DNA from: Gemmatimonadota bacterium
GTDB taxonomy: Bacteria; Gemmatimonadota; Gemmatimonadetes; Palauibacterales; Palauibacteraceae
DNA length: 64,000 bases
Assembly: GCA_035267645.1 (NCBI GenBank)
Contig: DATFLN010000034.1
Location: forward strand, 28,101 to 92,100
Direction of reading: 5' to 3'
The notes beneath the pieces are model-generated. The model saw only the letters and a list, made by a program, of their open reading frames with translations. It searched no databases and was not told the DNA's origin. How positions within the stretch are numbered: the stretch's first letter is position 1; each line of letters begins with the position of its first letter. A program made the position numbers and the translations under genes. Of the stretch, positions 38,270 to 49,969 are shown piece after piece.

Positions 38270-39819
38270 GCCGCCCCCCGGCCCGCCGCCGTTTCGCCCA
38301 GGTCCTCGAGGACGGCCTCGGCCGCGCGGTCGGCGAGCGCCATGATCGTGAGGTACGGGTTGATCTCCACCGAGTCCGGGAACAGGCTGGCGTCGGCCAC
38401 CCGCAGCCACGGGACCCCGTGCACCCGCCCGCGGGCGTCGGTCACCGAGTCGGCCTCGTCCCGTCCCATGGCGCAGCCGCCCATGAGGTGGGCGGCCGAG
38501 ACGGGCGTGCGGCCGGGGAGGAAGCGGCCGGGGTCGACGCGCCGGGCCAGCCGGGCCTCGTACCCCAGCCACTCGGCCTCGCCGCGCTCCAGGAGGGGCG
38601 GGTCGGCGGTCGGGACGTGCACCCGGCGGGCGCCGGCCCCGAAGAAGATCCGGGCGGCCGCGCGGGCCCCGTCCGTGAGCGACCTCACGACCGCCTCCGT
38701 GAACCGGTAATGGACGACGGGCGCCCCGTCCCCGTCCACGGAGACCCGGTTCCCGGCATCCGCACTGTCGCAGGCCAGGACGAGGATCATCTGCAGGCGG
38801 GGGTAGGCGTCCATGAGCGCGGCGTTCCCCTCCCCGAAGCCGACCAGGCTCTTGGCGGTCACGAACGGGAAGTAGATGCACGTCTCCAGCACCCAGCCCT
38901 CCTCCTCGGCCCGGTCCACGTAGTAGCTCTTGGGGTGGCCGACGTCGTTGGTGATGGGGCGGTCGTGCTCGCCCACCAGGATGTGCGCGGGATGGCAGGT
39001 GAAGCCCTCGCCGAGCCGCTGCAGGCGGCGGCCGAAGCCCGAGCGGAGGAGGAGGGCCGGGGTGCCGACCGCGCCGGCCGCCACCACCACGATCCGGGCG
39101 CGGATACGGTAGCGGCCCGGCTCCCAGGAGGAGGGGAGGCCCGGGGCGCCTCCAGCGGCCCCGGAGACGACGACGTCCAGGACGCCGCCCCCGTCCCCGG
39201 CGGGCTCCACGCGCCGCGCCTCGGCCCGGGTCACGACCTCCACCCCGGCCGCCTCGGCGGCGGGGAGCTGCACCCGGTTCGTCCCCATCTTGGCCTGGTT
39301 CGGGCATCCCAGGTTGCACAGGCTCGAGCCCAGGCAGCCCTTCACGTTGACGGGGAACTGCCGGACCTCGTAGCCGGCCGCCCGCGCCCCCCGCACGAAG
39401 AGCCGGTTGTTCTCGTTGATCTCCGGTCCGTCGAGGAGGTGCACGTGGTTCTCGCGGGCGTAGCGCCGGGAGCGGGCCGCCACGTCGGCGTGGGCGAGGC
39501 CCGGGACGTCCCAGCCCTCGATGACCCGCTCGGGAGCGACCAGCGACGTCCCCGTGTAGACCACCGTGGAGCCGCCGTAGGCGCGCGCGAAGGCCAGGGT
39601 GAGCGTCCCCTCCTCGTTCAGGAAGCCGCCTCCATCGGCGTACAGGGTCCGGGCCATCTCCAGCTCGCGGCCGGTGAACTCGTCGTCCCGGAGCCGCGGC
39701 CCCCGCTCCAGGACGAGGACCCGCTTCCCGTCCCGGACGAGCGGGGCCAGGGCGGCGGCCACGGTGCCTCCCCCGGCCCCGGAGCCCACCACCGCCACGT
39801 CGCAGGAGACCGCCCTCAC
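38266..39819 (-). CDS. GMC family FAD-dependent oxidoreductase
   Basis: N-terminal FAD motif (CDVAVVGSGAGGGTVAAALA...VLVLERG). GMC C-terminal signature (AAHLMGGCAMG...ADASLFPD). The GTG start at 39819 overlaps the upstream TGA. Confidence 0.8.
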   Translation of the reverse strand: MRAVSCDVAVVGSGAGGGTVAAALAPLVRDGKRVLVLERGPRLRDDEFTGRELEMARTLYADGGGFLNEEGTLTLAFARAYGGSTVVYTGTSLVAPERVIEGWDVPGLAHADVAARSRRYARENHVHLLDGPEINENNRLFVRGARAAGYEVRQFPVNVKGCLGSSLCNLGCPNQAKMGTNRVQLPAAEAAGVEVVTRAEARRVEPAGDGGGVLDVVVSGAAGGAPGLPSSWEPGRYRIRARIVVVAAGAVGTPALLLRSGFGRRLQRLGEGFTCHPAHILVGEHDRPITNDVGHPKSYYVDRAEEEGWVLETCIYFPFVTAKSLVGFGEGNAALMDAYPRLQMILVLACDSADAGNRVSVDGDGAPVVHYRFTEAVVRSLTDGARAAARIFFGAGARRVHVPTADPPLLERGEAEWLGYEARLARRVDPGRFLPGRTPVSAAHLMGGCAMGRDEADSVTDARGRVHGVPWLRVADASLFPDSVEINPYLTIMALADRAAEAVLEDLGETAAGRGAA

Positions 39820-40310
39820 GGCGCCGCCTCCCCGCGCGGCGCGGAGGGATCCGGAGCGGGGGGGACGTCGGGCGCGGGCTCCTCCGGCCGGGGTCCCTTC
39901 TGGCTCCACCCTCGCAGCTTCGCGTCCCAGCCCGTGGCGGCGCCGCCTTCGGGCCTGCCGTACCAGCCCATGAGGACGAGCGTGCGGAGGCCCCAGAAAC
40001 CGCGCCGGAGGAGGAGGAAGCGCGAGCTCTCGACGCCGGACAGGAAGCGGTCGCGGCGCTCGGGCCCGAGCCCGCCGAACGTGCGCCCCCATCGGAGGAG
40101 GGGGAGCCACCAGAGCGCGCGGACCAGGAGCCGGAGCTGACGGCGCATCCCGGGCGGACGGTCGAGGAGGGCGCGCCCAGCGATGCCCTCGACGTCCGCC
40201 CATTCCTCCTCGGAGAGGCCCCGGCAGCGCGGGAGGATGGTCTCCGCCAGCACGCGGAAGGGGCGGCGGGCGGAGGCGAGGACCTGCTCCGGAGCGGTGG
40301 TGTCGGGCAT
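39816..40310 (-). CDS. Small subunit accompanying the GMC oxidoreductase (gluconate 2-dehydrogenase subunit-3-like)
   Basis: 164 aa. It sits immediately upstream of, and translationally coupled to, the GMC gene. The C-terminal WYGRPEGGAATGW resembles the subunit-3 family motif Y..PEYGGN..GW. Family is recalled, not searched. Confidence 0.45.
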   Translation of the reverse strand: MPDTTAPEQVLASARRPFRVLAETILPRCRGLSEEEWADVEGIAGRALLDRPPGMRRQLRLLVRALWWLPLLRWGRTFGGLGPERRDRFLSGVESSRFLLLRRGFWGLRTLVLMGWYGRPEGGAATGWDAKLRGWSQKGPRPEEPAPDVPPAPDPSAPRGEAAP

Positions 40311-40504
40311 GGCCGAAACGTAGAGCGCGGAGACCCGGGAGGCCAAGGCGCGCGCGCGGCGAGACGTCCGGCCGCGAGCGGGCCGCAAGAGCGGGGCTCG
40401 GCGGCCGGGCGGCGCGATGGCGGCTTGCCGCGCGGACGGGTGGGCCTAGCTTCACGGCCGATCGGACCGACCAGCCGTCCGCCGTGCGCCCGGGAGGAAC
40501 CGCC

Positions 40505-41329
40505 GTGAAGATCCGGATGTTCCAGGTCGATGCGTTCGCGGACCGCGTGTTCGCGGGGAATCCCGCGGCCGTGTGTCCCCTCGAGGCGTGGCCGGAGGAC
40601 GGGCTCCTGCAGGCCATCGCCGCCGAGAACAATCTGTCCGAGACGGCCTTCCTCGTCCCGGACGGGGAGGACTTCGAGCTCCGGTGGTTCACGCCGGAGG
40701 CCGAGGTCGACCTGTGCGGCCACGCCACCCTGGCCTCGGCGCACGTGGTCCTGGGCTACATGCAGCCCTCGCGGGAGAGCGTCCGGTTCCACACCCGCGA
40801 GCGCGGGGACCTGGTCGTCCGCCGGGGCGAGGAGGGGCGCCTGGTCATGGACTTCCCGGCGCTGCCGCCCGGGCCCGTGGAGGACGCCGCCGAGCGCGAG
40901 GCCGTGACGGCGGCTCTCGGGGCGCCGGAGGCCGAGGTGCTGGCCGCTCTCGACTACGTGGTCGTGCTGGGCTCGGAGGAGGAGGTGCGGGGGCTCGAGC
41001 CGGACATGCGGGACGTCTCGCGGCTGGAGCGGCGGGGCGTCGCCGTGACCGCGCGAGGCGCCGACAGCTTCGACTTCATGTCGCGCTTCTTCGCGCCGAA
41101 GGTGGGCGTGCCGGAGGACCCGGTCACGGGCTCGGCGCACTGCGAGCTGGCCCCGCTGTGGGCCGAGCGCCTGGGTCGGACGGAGCTCCGGGCGGGTCAG
41201 CTCTCCCGGCGGGGCGGGGAGGTGGCGTGCGAGGTGGCCGGGGACCGGGTCCGTCTGGGCGGACGGGCGGTCCTCTACCTGGAGGGCTCGATCCGCGTCC
41301 CGGAGGGCGCCGGGACGTGGGGGGGCTGA
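40505..41329 (+). CDS. PhzF family phenazine-biosynthesis-like isomerase
   Basis: FQVDAFADRVFAGNPAAV...ENNLSETAFLVP...RWFTPEAEVDLCGHATLASAHVVL...FFAPKVGVPEDPVTGSAHC are PhzF/DapF-fold signatures. Confidence 0.8.
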   Translation: MKIRMFQVDAFADRVFAGNPAAVCPLEAWPEDGLLQAIAAENNLSETAFLVPDGEDFELRWFTPEAEVDLCGHATLASAHVVLGYMQPSRESVRFHTRERGDLVVRRGEEGRLVMDFPALPPGPVEDAAEREAVTAALGAPEAEVLAALDYVVVLGSEEEVRGLEPDMRDVSRLERRGVAVTARGADSFDFMSRFFAPKVGVPEDPVTGSAHCELAPLWAERLGRTELRAGQLSRRGGEVACEVAGDRVRLGGRAVLYLEGSIRVPEGAGTWGG

Positions 41330-41348
41330 CGGGCCGGGCGCCCCGCGT

Positions 41349-41822
41349 CTAGGCCGCCGCGGCGCTCTCCACGAGGGCGTCCAGCTTCTCGGCCGGCACG
41401 GCCCCCACCTCCCGGGCCACCTCCTGGCCGTCCCTGAACAGGATCAGCGTGGGGATCCCCCGAATGCCGAACCTCGCGGCCACCTCACCCCAGCGGTCGG
41501 TGTCGAGCTTGGCCACGAGGAGCCGGCCGGCGTGCCGCGCGGCCAGGTCGTCCAGAACGGGCGCCATCATCTTGCAGGGTCCGCACCAGTCGGCGTAGAA
41601 GTCGACCAGCACTGGGACCTCCGCCGACTCGACGGTCCGCTCCCAGTCGTCGCCCTCGAGCCGGAACGGGCGGTCCAGGAGCATCGGACGGCCGCACTCT
41701 CCGCAGCGGGGTCGGTCGCCGGCCCGCCCGAGGTCCACGCGGTTCAAGGTCCTGCAGAAGTTGCACCTTACCGTCACCCCTCGGGTGGGGGCGTCCCCGC
41801 CGGCTTTCTCGAAATCCTCCAA
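41349..41822 (-). CDS. trxC: Thioredoxin with N-terminal zinc-finger (Trx2/TrxC type)
   Basis: N-terminal CNFCRTLN...CGECGRP two-CxxC zinc finger. Thioredoxin domain with a WCGPC active site. Confidence 0.85.
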   Translation of the reverse strand: MEDFEKAGGDAPTRGVTVRCNFCRTLNRVDLGRAGDRPRCGECGRPMLLDRPFRLEGDDWERTVESAEVPVLVDFYADWCGPCKMMAPVLDDLAARHAGRLLVAKLDTDRWGEVAARFGIRGIPTLILFRDGQEVAREVGAVPAEKLDALVESAAAA

Positions 41823-41891
41823 TTCGGCCTCTCCGGGCGCGCGCGTTCATCTCGATCGCGGGGCCGTTCGTCTCGGCCCCTTGTCTGGTGC

Positions 41892-41919
41892 TTGACATGA
41901 AACGGAAGATCGATAGTGT
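41892..41919 (+). promoter_or_regulatory. Sigma70-like promoter (TTGACA, 16 nt spacer, TAGTGT) about 200 nt upstream of the first SusC gene
   Basis: ttgaca at 41892-41897 and tagtgt at 41914-41919, inside an unusually AT-richer 300-bp intergenic region. Confidence 0.3.
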
Positions 41920-42126
41920 ACACCGAATGCGAGAGACAGTGCCCAACCGGCCATCTGCCCCTGCGCCCATTCGCCGCCCCGCCCACCGTGGGTCGCGAGC
42001 GGCTGTCATCACATAGAAGCTAGGTACGCCATTCCACCCCAGCAGCCCCATCCGGACCGACTCGATGAAGCTCGTCCGTTCGGCCCGGCGGTGCACGTCC
42101 AGTTCACCTCAAACAGGGGAAGGCAC

Positions 42127-45129
<3,003 letters not shown>

Positions 45130-45195
45130 GCCATGGATACCGGCGCACACGACAGCGATCGAGGCACGACGACTACAGGGGGATGGGAATCTGAT

Positions 45196-46596
45196 ATGAG
45201 ACACTCGATACTCGGACGTGCGAGCCGGGTCCTCGCCGTCGCCGCCCTGGTGGGGCTGGCGGCGTGCAAGGGCCTGGAGACGCCCAACTACAACGGCGGT
45301 GACCTGGGAGCGCTCCAGAACTCCCCGGACCGAGCGTCCCTGGCCGCCGCGGTGCAGGGACTCCAGATCGGGCACAGGGGCTATCAGTCCGGCGAGCTCG
45401 GGGTGGTCTCCGCCCTGGGCGTGCTGGGCCGGGAGTCCTATGTGCTGGACGTGGCCGACCCGCGGTTCGTGAACGAGCTCCTGCAGGGGCCGCTCAATGC
45501 GGGAGGCTTCGGAGCGGGCCTGTGGGCCGCGCCGTACTCCAACATCCGGCTGGCCAACATCGTGCTGGACGGGGTGGCCTCGGTGGGGACCGACCAGATG
45601 ACGGACGGCGAGAAGGCCGCGACCGTCGGCTTCGTGAAGACGATTCAGGCCCTCGACTTCCTGGTCGTGGTCGAGACCCGCTGGGACAACTGTGACGGCA
45701 GCCTCGGGTGCCCGATCGACGTGGGCACCGACGTGGACCAGGGTCCCGCGCCCGCGGCCACGAAGGACGAGGTCTTCGCCCACATCAAGCAGCTGCTGGA
45801 CGATGCCGACCAGGAGCTCCAGGCCGCCGCGAGCGCGGGCGCGGGCTTCCCGTTCGATCTCAGCTCCGGCTTCGACGGGTTCGACACCCCGGCCGACTTC
45901 GACATGGCCAACCGGGCCATCGCGGCGCGGGTGGACGTGTACACCGACGCGTGGAGCGACGCGCTGACGGCGCTGTCGCAGTCCTTCGTGGACAGCGCGG
46001 CGACCTTCGACCTGGGCATCTACGACGTGTACGGCACCGGGTCGGGCGATGCGACCAACGGTCTGTACCAGCCCAGCGACGACCCCAACATCCGGGCGAA
46101 TCCGTTCGATTCGCTGGCCGTCCAGTACCAGACGAGCGGGGACCCCGACGCCCGCTACATGCGGAAGATCCGCGAGATCACCCAGCGGAGCTTCAGCGGC
46201 CCCGGCTCGCACATCGGGTTCGACATGTACACGAGCCTGGACGCGCCGATTCCCATCATCCGCAACGAGGAGCTCATCCTCCTGCGGGCGGAGGCGAACA
46301 TCGGGCTCGGGAACCTCGACCTGGCGCGGCAGGACATCAACTGGGTCCGCACGCAGTCGGGGAACCTGCCGCCGATCGCGACGGCGTTCGCCAACCACGA
46401 CGAGGCCCTGGACGCGCTTCTCTACGAGAAGCACTACTCCCTTCTTTTCGAGGGAGGTCACCGGTGGATCGACCTGAGGCATTATGGCCTCCTGACCGAT
46501 CCGAACTACGCGCCGCAGGGCAGCGCATACCCGAACGAGAGCTACATGAACACGCAGTATCCGATTCCGCTCGACGAGCAGAACGCCCGCCAGTAG
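45196..46596 (+). CDS. SusD/RagB family nutrient-binding outer-membrane lipoprotein
   Basis: Lipoprotein signal (LVGLAAC). C-terminal SusD-like motif (LLYEKHYSLLFEGGHRWIDLRHYGLL). Sits immediately downstream of the SusC-type receptor. Confidence 0.8.
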   Translation: MRHSILGRASRVLAVAALVGLAACKGLETPNYNGGDLGALQNSPDRASLAAAVQGLQIGHRGYQSGELGVVSALGVLGRESYVLDVADPRFVNELLQGPLNAGGFGAGLWAAPYSNIRLANIVLDGVASVGTDQMTDGEKAATVGFVKTIQALDFLVVVETRWDNCDGSLGCPIDVGTDVDQGPAPAATKDEVFAHIKQLLDDADQELQAAASAGAGFPFDLSSGFDGFDTPADFDMANRAIAARVDVYTDAWSDALTALSQSFVDSAATFDLGIYDVYGTGSGDATNGLYQPSDDPNIRANPFDSLAVQYQTSGDPDARYMRKIREITQRSFSGPGSHIGFDMYTSLDAPIPIIRNEELILLRAEANIGLGNLDLARQDINWVRTQSGNLPPIATAFANHDEALDALLYEKHYSLLFEGGHRWIDLRHYGLLTDPNYAPQGSAYPNESYMNTQYPIPLDEQNARQ

Positions 46597-46643
46597 GGGG
46601 GCGGCCACGGGAGGGCCGGAGCCTCGAGCTCCGCGCCCGATGA

Positions 46644-46676
46644 CGAAAGGGCCGGGGGATCTCCCCCGGCCCTTCG
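46644..46676. terminator. Bidirectional intrinsic terminator hairpin between convergent susD-like and gntR genes
   Basis: aagggccggggg at 46646-46657 pairs with cccccggccctt at 46662-46673. This is a 12-bp perfect GC stem with a 4-nt loop, followed by cgtcgtt. Confidence 0.5.
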
Positions 46677-46738
46677 TCGTTGGTGCGGGTGCCGCCGGCT
46701 CTGCGGGCCCGGCGCGCGTCGAAGCCCCGTGTGCGCCC

Positions 46739-47413
46739 TCAGGCCTCCGCCGCCGCCTCCTCGAGCCACCGGTGGAGGAGGGAGTAGCCACCGACCCGGT
46801 GCTCTTCCGCCAGCGCGGCGGCGCTCTCCAGGTCGCCCGCCTCCAGGGCCGCCTCGATCCCCTCGTGCTCGCGCAGCACGTGGGCCAGGTCGTCGGTGCC
46901 GTTGGCCACGGCGTACTCCGACTCGTAGAGGAGGTAGCGCTGAAGGCGGCTCCACACGAGCTGCAGGGCCTCACGCAGCGGCCCGTGGTGGACGTCCTCC
47001 ACGAGCGTCTCGTGCCAGCGCAGGCCCAGACGGGCCAGGCGGGCGGGATCCCTCCTGGCGTTCCGGAGCCGGGAGTCCAGGCTCCGCAGCCGCTCGATCT
47101 GCTCCTCGGGGATTCGGCCCACGGTCCGCAGGCCGAAGGCCTCGAGCGCCCCGGCCACCTCGTACAGGTCCAGGGCCTCGTGCGGATCGAGCGGCCACAC
47201 GTAGAAGCCGTGGCCCTGCCGGGAGCCCACCAGCCCCTCGTGCTCCAGGCGCAGGAGAGCCTCGCGCAGGGGCGTGCGGCTCACGCCCAGCTGCTCGGCC
47301 AGCTCCGACTCGTTGATGTCCTCGCCGGGAGCGAGCTCCCCCGTCAGGACCCTCTCCCGCAGGATGCTGCGCACCTCGTCGCGGAGCGGCTCCGGTCGCT
47401 TGAGCAGGGACAC
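46739..47413 (-). CDS. GntR family transcriptional regulator (FadR-type C-terminal domain)
   Basis: N-terminal wHTH (GEDINESELAEQLGVSRTPLREALLRLEHEGLV). An all-helical FCD-like C-domain. Confidence 0.82.
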   Translation of the reverse strand: MSLLKRPEPLRDEVRSILRERVLTGELAPGEDINESELAEQLGVSRTPLREALLRLEHEGLVGSRQGHGFYVWPLDPHEALDLYEVAGALEAFGLRTVGRIPEEQIERLRSLDSRLRNARRDPARLARLGLRWHETLVEDVHHGPLREALQLVWSRLQRYLLYESEYAVANGTDDLAHVLREHEGIEAALEAGDLESAAALAEEHRVGGYSLLHRWLEEAAAEA

Positions 47414-47470
47414 CAGCGCGGCCTCCTGTTTCGACGCATCTAACGAGACGGGCTCAGCATACGGGGTCCC

Positions 47471-48499
47471 TCAGGTCGCCACAAGGAGCCCGTGCAGGAA
47501 GGCCGCGGCCGTGCGCTCGGCCCAGAAGTCGGGGGCCCAGGGCGCGGCTCCCTCCACGAAGCCCACGTGGCCGCCTCTCGGCGTGAGGACCGGCGTGATC
47601 CAGGGGTTCTCCGCCAGCGCGGCCTTCGGCACCGCCGATTCGGGCAGGAAGGGGTCGTCGAGCGCGTGGAGGACGAGGGTCGGCGTCCGGATCCTGTCGA
47701 GGGCGCTCCCGGCGCTGGCCGACCGGTAGTAGTGGTCCGCGTCGTCGAAGCCGTGGATCGGGGCGGTCACCGCCTCGTCGAACTCCCGGAGCGTACGGGC
47801 CCGCCGCGCCGCCTCGAGCGGGAGGTCGAGGCCCCGCTCCCGGACCTTGCGCTCGACGGCCGTCCGGAGCGCGCTCAGGAAGGTGGCCCCGTACAGCCGC
47901 CCGGGGAGGGCCTCCAGCCGCCGCGCCCCGGCGGACAGGTCGAAGGGGACCGAGATCGCCACGGCCGCCGCCACGTGCCGGCGGACGGCCTCGCCGGACT
48001 CCTCGAGGAGGCGGAGGAGGACCGAGCCCCCCAGGGAGAAGCCCGCCACGCCCACGGGCCGTCCGCCCCTCCGGGCGACCAGGCGCTCGAGGACGAGCCG
48101 CGGGTCTCCCGTCGCCCCCGCGTGGTAGAAGCGCCGCGTCCGGTTCGGCTCTCCCGAGCACGACCGGAAGTTGAGGGCCGCGCCCCGGAGTCCGCGCGCA
48201 CGGAGCTCGACCAGGAGCTGGTGGACGTAGCCGGACGCCGAGGAGCCGCCCAATCCGTGAAGGACGAGGACGTCCGGCGGGCCCGGACCCGGATCGACGT
48301 CCAGGTCCAGGAAGTCCCCGTCGGGCGTCTCGAGCCGCACGCGGCGGAGGCCCGGCAGTCGGGGCCTCCGCAGGGCGGCGCCGGCCAGGGTCTGGAGGTG
48401 GGGATCGGGGAGCCACGGCGCCGGCCGGAAGGGCGCCGGGACGAACGGCGGGGCCGCCGGGCCTCGCGGTGAGGCGCCGGCGTCCCGCCCCGCGGTCAG
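47471..48499 (-). CDS. Alpha/beta hydrolase, YheT/ABHD1-3-like; start codon unresolved
   Basis: PWLPDPHLQTL...VLHGLGGSSASGYV...GFSLGGSVLL (GxSxG)...DDPF. No ATG/GTG/TTG lies between the in-frame CTG at 48499 and the upstream gene's stop at 48496. The nearest ATG, at 48577, would overlap the upstream gene by 80 nt. Confidence 0.55.
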   Translation of the reverse strand: MTAGRDAGASPRGPAAPPFVPAPFRPAPWLPDPHLQTLAGAALRRPRLPGLRRVRLETPDGDFLDLDVDPGPGPPDVLVLHGLGGSSASGYVHQLLVELRARGLRGAALNFRSCSGEPNRTRRFYHAGATGDPRLVLERLVARRGGRPVGVAGFSLGGSVLLRLLEESGEAVRRHVAAAVAISVPFDLSAGARRLEALPGRLYGATFLSALRTAVERKVRERGLDLPLEAARRARTLREFDEAVTAPIHGFDDADHYYRSASAGSALDRIRTPTLVLHALDDPFLPESAVPKAALAENPWITPVLTPRGGHVGFVEGAAPWAPDFWAERTAAAFLHGLLVAT

Positions 48500-49884
48500 T
48501 GGGTGGCCTGCCAGGCCGGCCCGTGCTCCCAGTCCTGGGCGCTCGAGATGTTCGGCATGCCCCAGTTGTTGCCGTCCCATCCGGCGAACCCGTCCATGCG
48601 GAAGACCCACAGGCCGCTGTTCGAGTCGCTGATGACGATCAGGCCGTCCTGGTTGCGGACGTCGATCCCGAACGCGCCCTGCATCACGCTGTTGCCGTGC
48701 TCCGGCAGGATCTGCCACCCGCCGTAGCCGTCGGCGTGCTTGCACCCGCAGGTGTAGTACCAGCCCACCGTCTTCGGGTGCTCGGGATCGTACATCGAGA
48801 AGACCTGGAGGCCGTCCTCGTAGCCCGACACGAACACGTACGGCCAGCGGACCTCGTGGTTGTGCGCGAGGTCGCGCCAGTCGGCCGTCCACGCGCTGGT
48901 CGCGTGGTTGACCGTGGAGACGTCGCCGTCCAGGCCCGGCTTCAGGTCGAAGAGCCGCAGCGGCGCGTACTGGTACTCGGTCTCGGTGACCGCGTACCGG
49001 CCGGCCGGGTCGGGGGTGAAGGTGTGGCCCCAGGTGACGCCGGCCACGCCCTGGACGGACGTGAGGAGCTGCGGGTTCGCCGGGTCCGTCACGTCGTAGA
49101 CGAAATAGCCTCCGCCGCCGGCGCCGTAGAACTTGTCCTTCTGCGTGGCCGGATCGTAGCCCACGTAGAAGTCGTGGTAGAAGGCGCGCTGCGCCTGACC
49201 CACCGGATCCGGGATCTTCCCGACCAGCGACTGGTCCGGATGGCCATCCACGACCTTGGCCAGGTCGTAGATGTTGGCGTGGTCGCCGGAGACCGTCGTG
49301 AACAGGAGCGCCCGGCCGTCCGAGTGCTTGTAGGCGAAGATGTTGTGGAAGCCGCCGGGCTCGTCCGGGTTCCGGATCCTGGCGACCACCTTGACCTTGC
49401 TCGGGTCGGGGAGGCCCGTGACGTCCAGGACCACCGCTCCGAGGTCCGCGTCCGGCGTGCCCTGCTGGAACTGGAAGGACTGCACGTAATACGTGTGACC
49501 GTTCAGCTGGAAGTACTTTCCGTCCATGCCGCCCGAGCCCTGGTGGAGCGACGGGTTCTCGATGCGGTAGCGGTAGATCACCCGGGCGTGCGCCGGATCA
49601 CTGACGTCCACGATGTCGGTGCCGGGGCCATCCGGGGAGCCCACCATCTTGGATACGTACACGTAGGGTCGCGACGGGTCCTGCTCCATCTCGATGTCGG
49701 CCGCGGCGAAGTAGCCGCCCAGCGCGACGTGGCTCAGGACGTGGATGTTGGGGCTGCCGCCTACCTTGGGCCCGTCCTGCAGGCCCATGTCCGGCCGGGC
49801 GTCCTGGGCCCGCGCGGCGCGGGGGGCTCCCGCCACCAGCGCTGCGGCGGCCAGCACAGCCACGCTTCGGAGCGCTCCTCTCAT
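48496..49884 (-). CDS. Secreted beta-propeller protein, LVIVD-repeat-like
   Basis: Signal peptide (MRGALRSVAVLAAAALVAGAPRAARA). Repeated propeller-blade motifs ending in GLWVFRMDGF. 462 aa. Confidence 0.6.
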   Translation of the reverse strand: MRGALRSVAVLAAAALVAGAPRAARAQDARPDMGLQDGPKVGGSPNIHVLSHVALGGYFAAADIEMEQDPSRPYVYVSKMVGSPDGPGTDIVDVSDPAHARVIYRYRIENPSLHQGSGGMDGKYFQLNGHTYYVQSFQFQQGTPDADLGAVVLDVTGLPDPSKVKVVARIRNPDEPGGFHNIFAYKHSDGRALLFTTVSGDHANIYDLAKVVDGHPDQSLVGKIPDPVGQAQRAFYHDFYVGYDPATQKDKFYGAGGGGYFVYDVTDPANPQLLTSVQGVAGVTWGHTFTPDPAGRYAVTETEYQYAPLRLFDLKPGLDGDVSTVNHATSAWTADWRDLAHNHEVRWPYVFVSGYEDGLQVFSMYDPEHPKTVGWYYTCGCKHADGYGGWQILPEHGNSVMQGAFGIDVRNQDGLIVISDSNSGLWVFRMDGFAGWDGNNWGMPNISSAQDWEHGPAWQATH

Positions 49885-49969
49885 GGTTCAGCCTCTCGTT
49901 CATGGTGGAAGATCCGGCGCGGCCCTCGTCGGCGCGCGCCTCCTTCGGTCTCCCGGCGCCGTGGCGGCG

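Noticed and set aside
38270-41140. The upstream 950 codons of the printed 1576-aa minus ORF (36410..41140)
   Set aside because: Only the C-terminal 620 codons form a coherent TPP enzyme, starting at the GTG at 38269. Upstream, the same frame is antisense or out-of-frame to the GMC oxidoreductase (another minus frame) and to PhzF (plus strand), and it is compositionally random.
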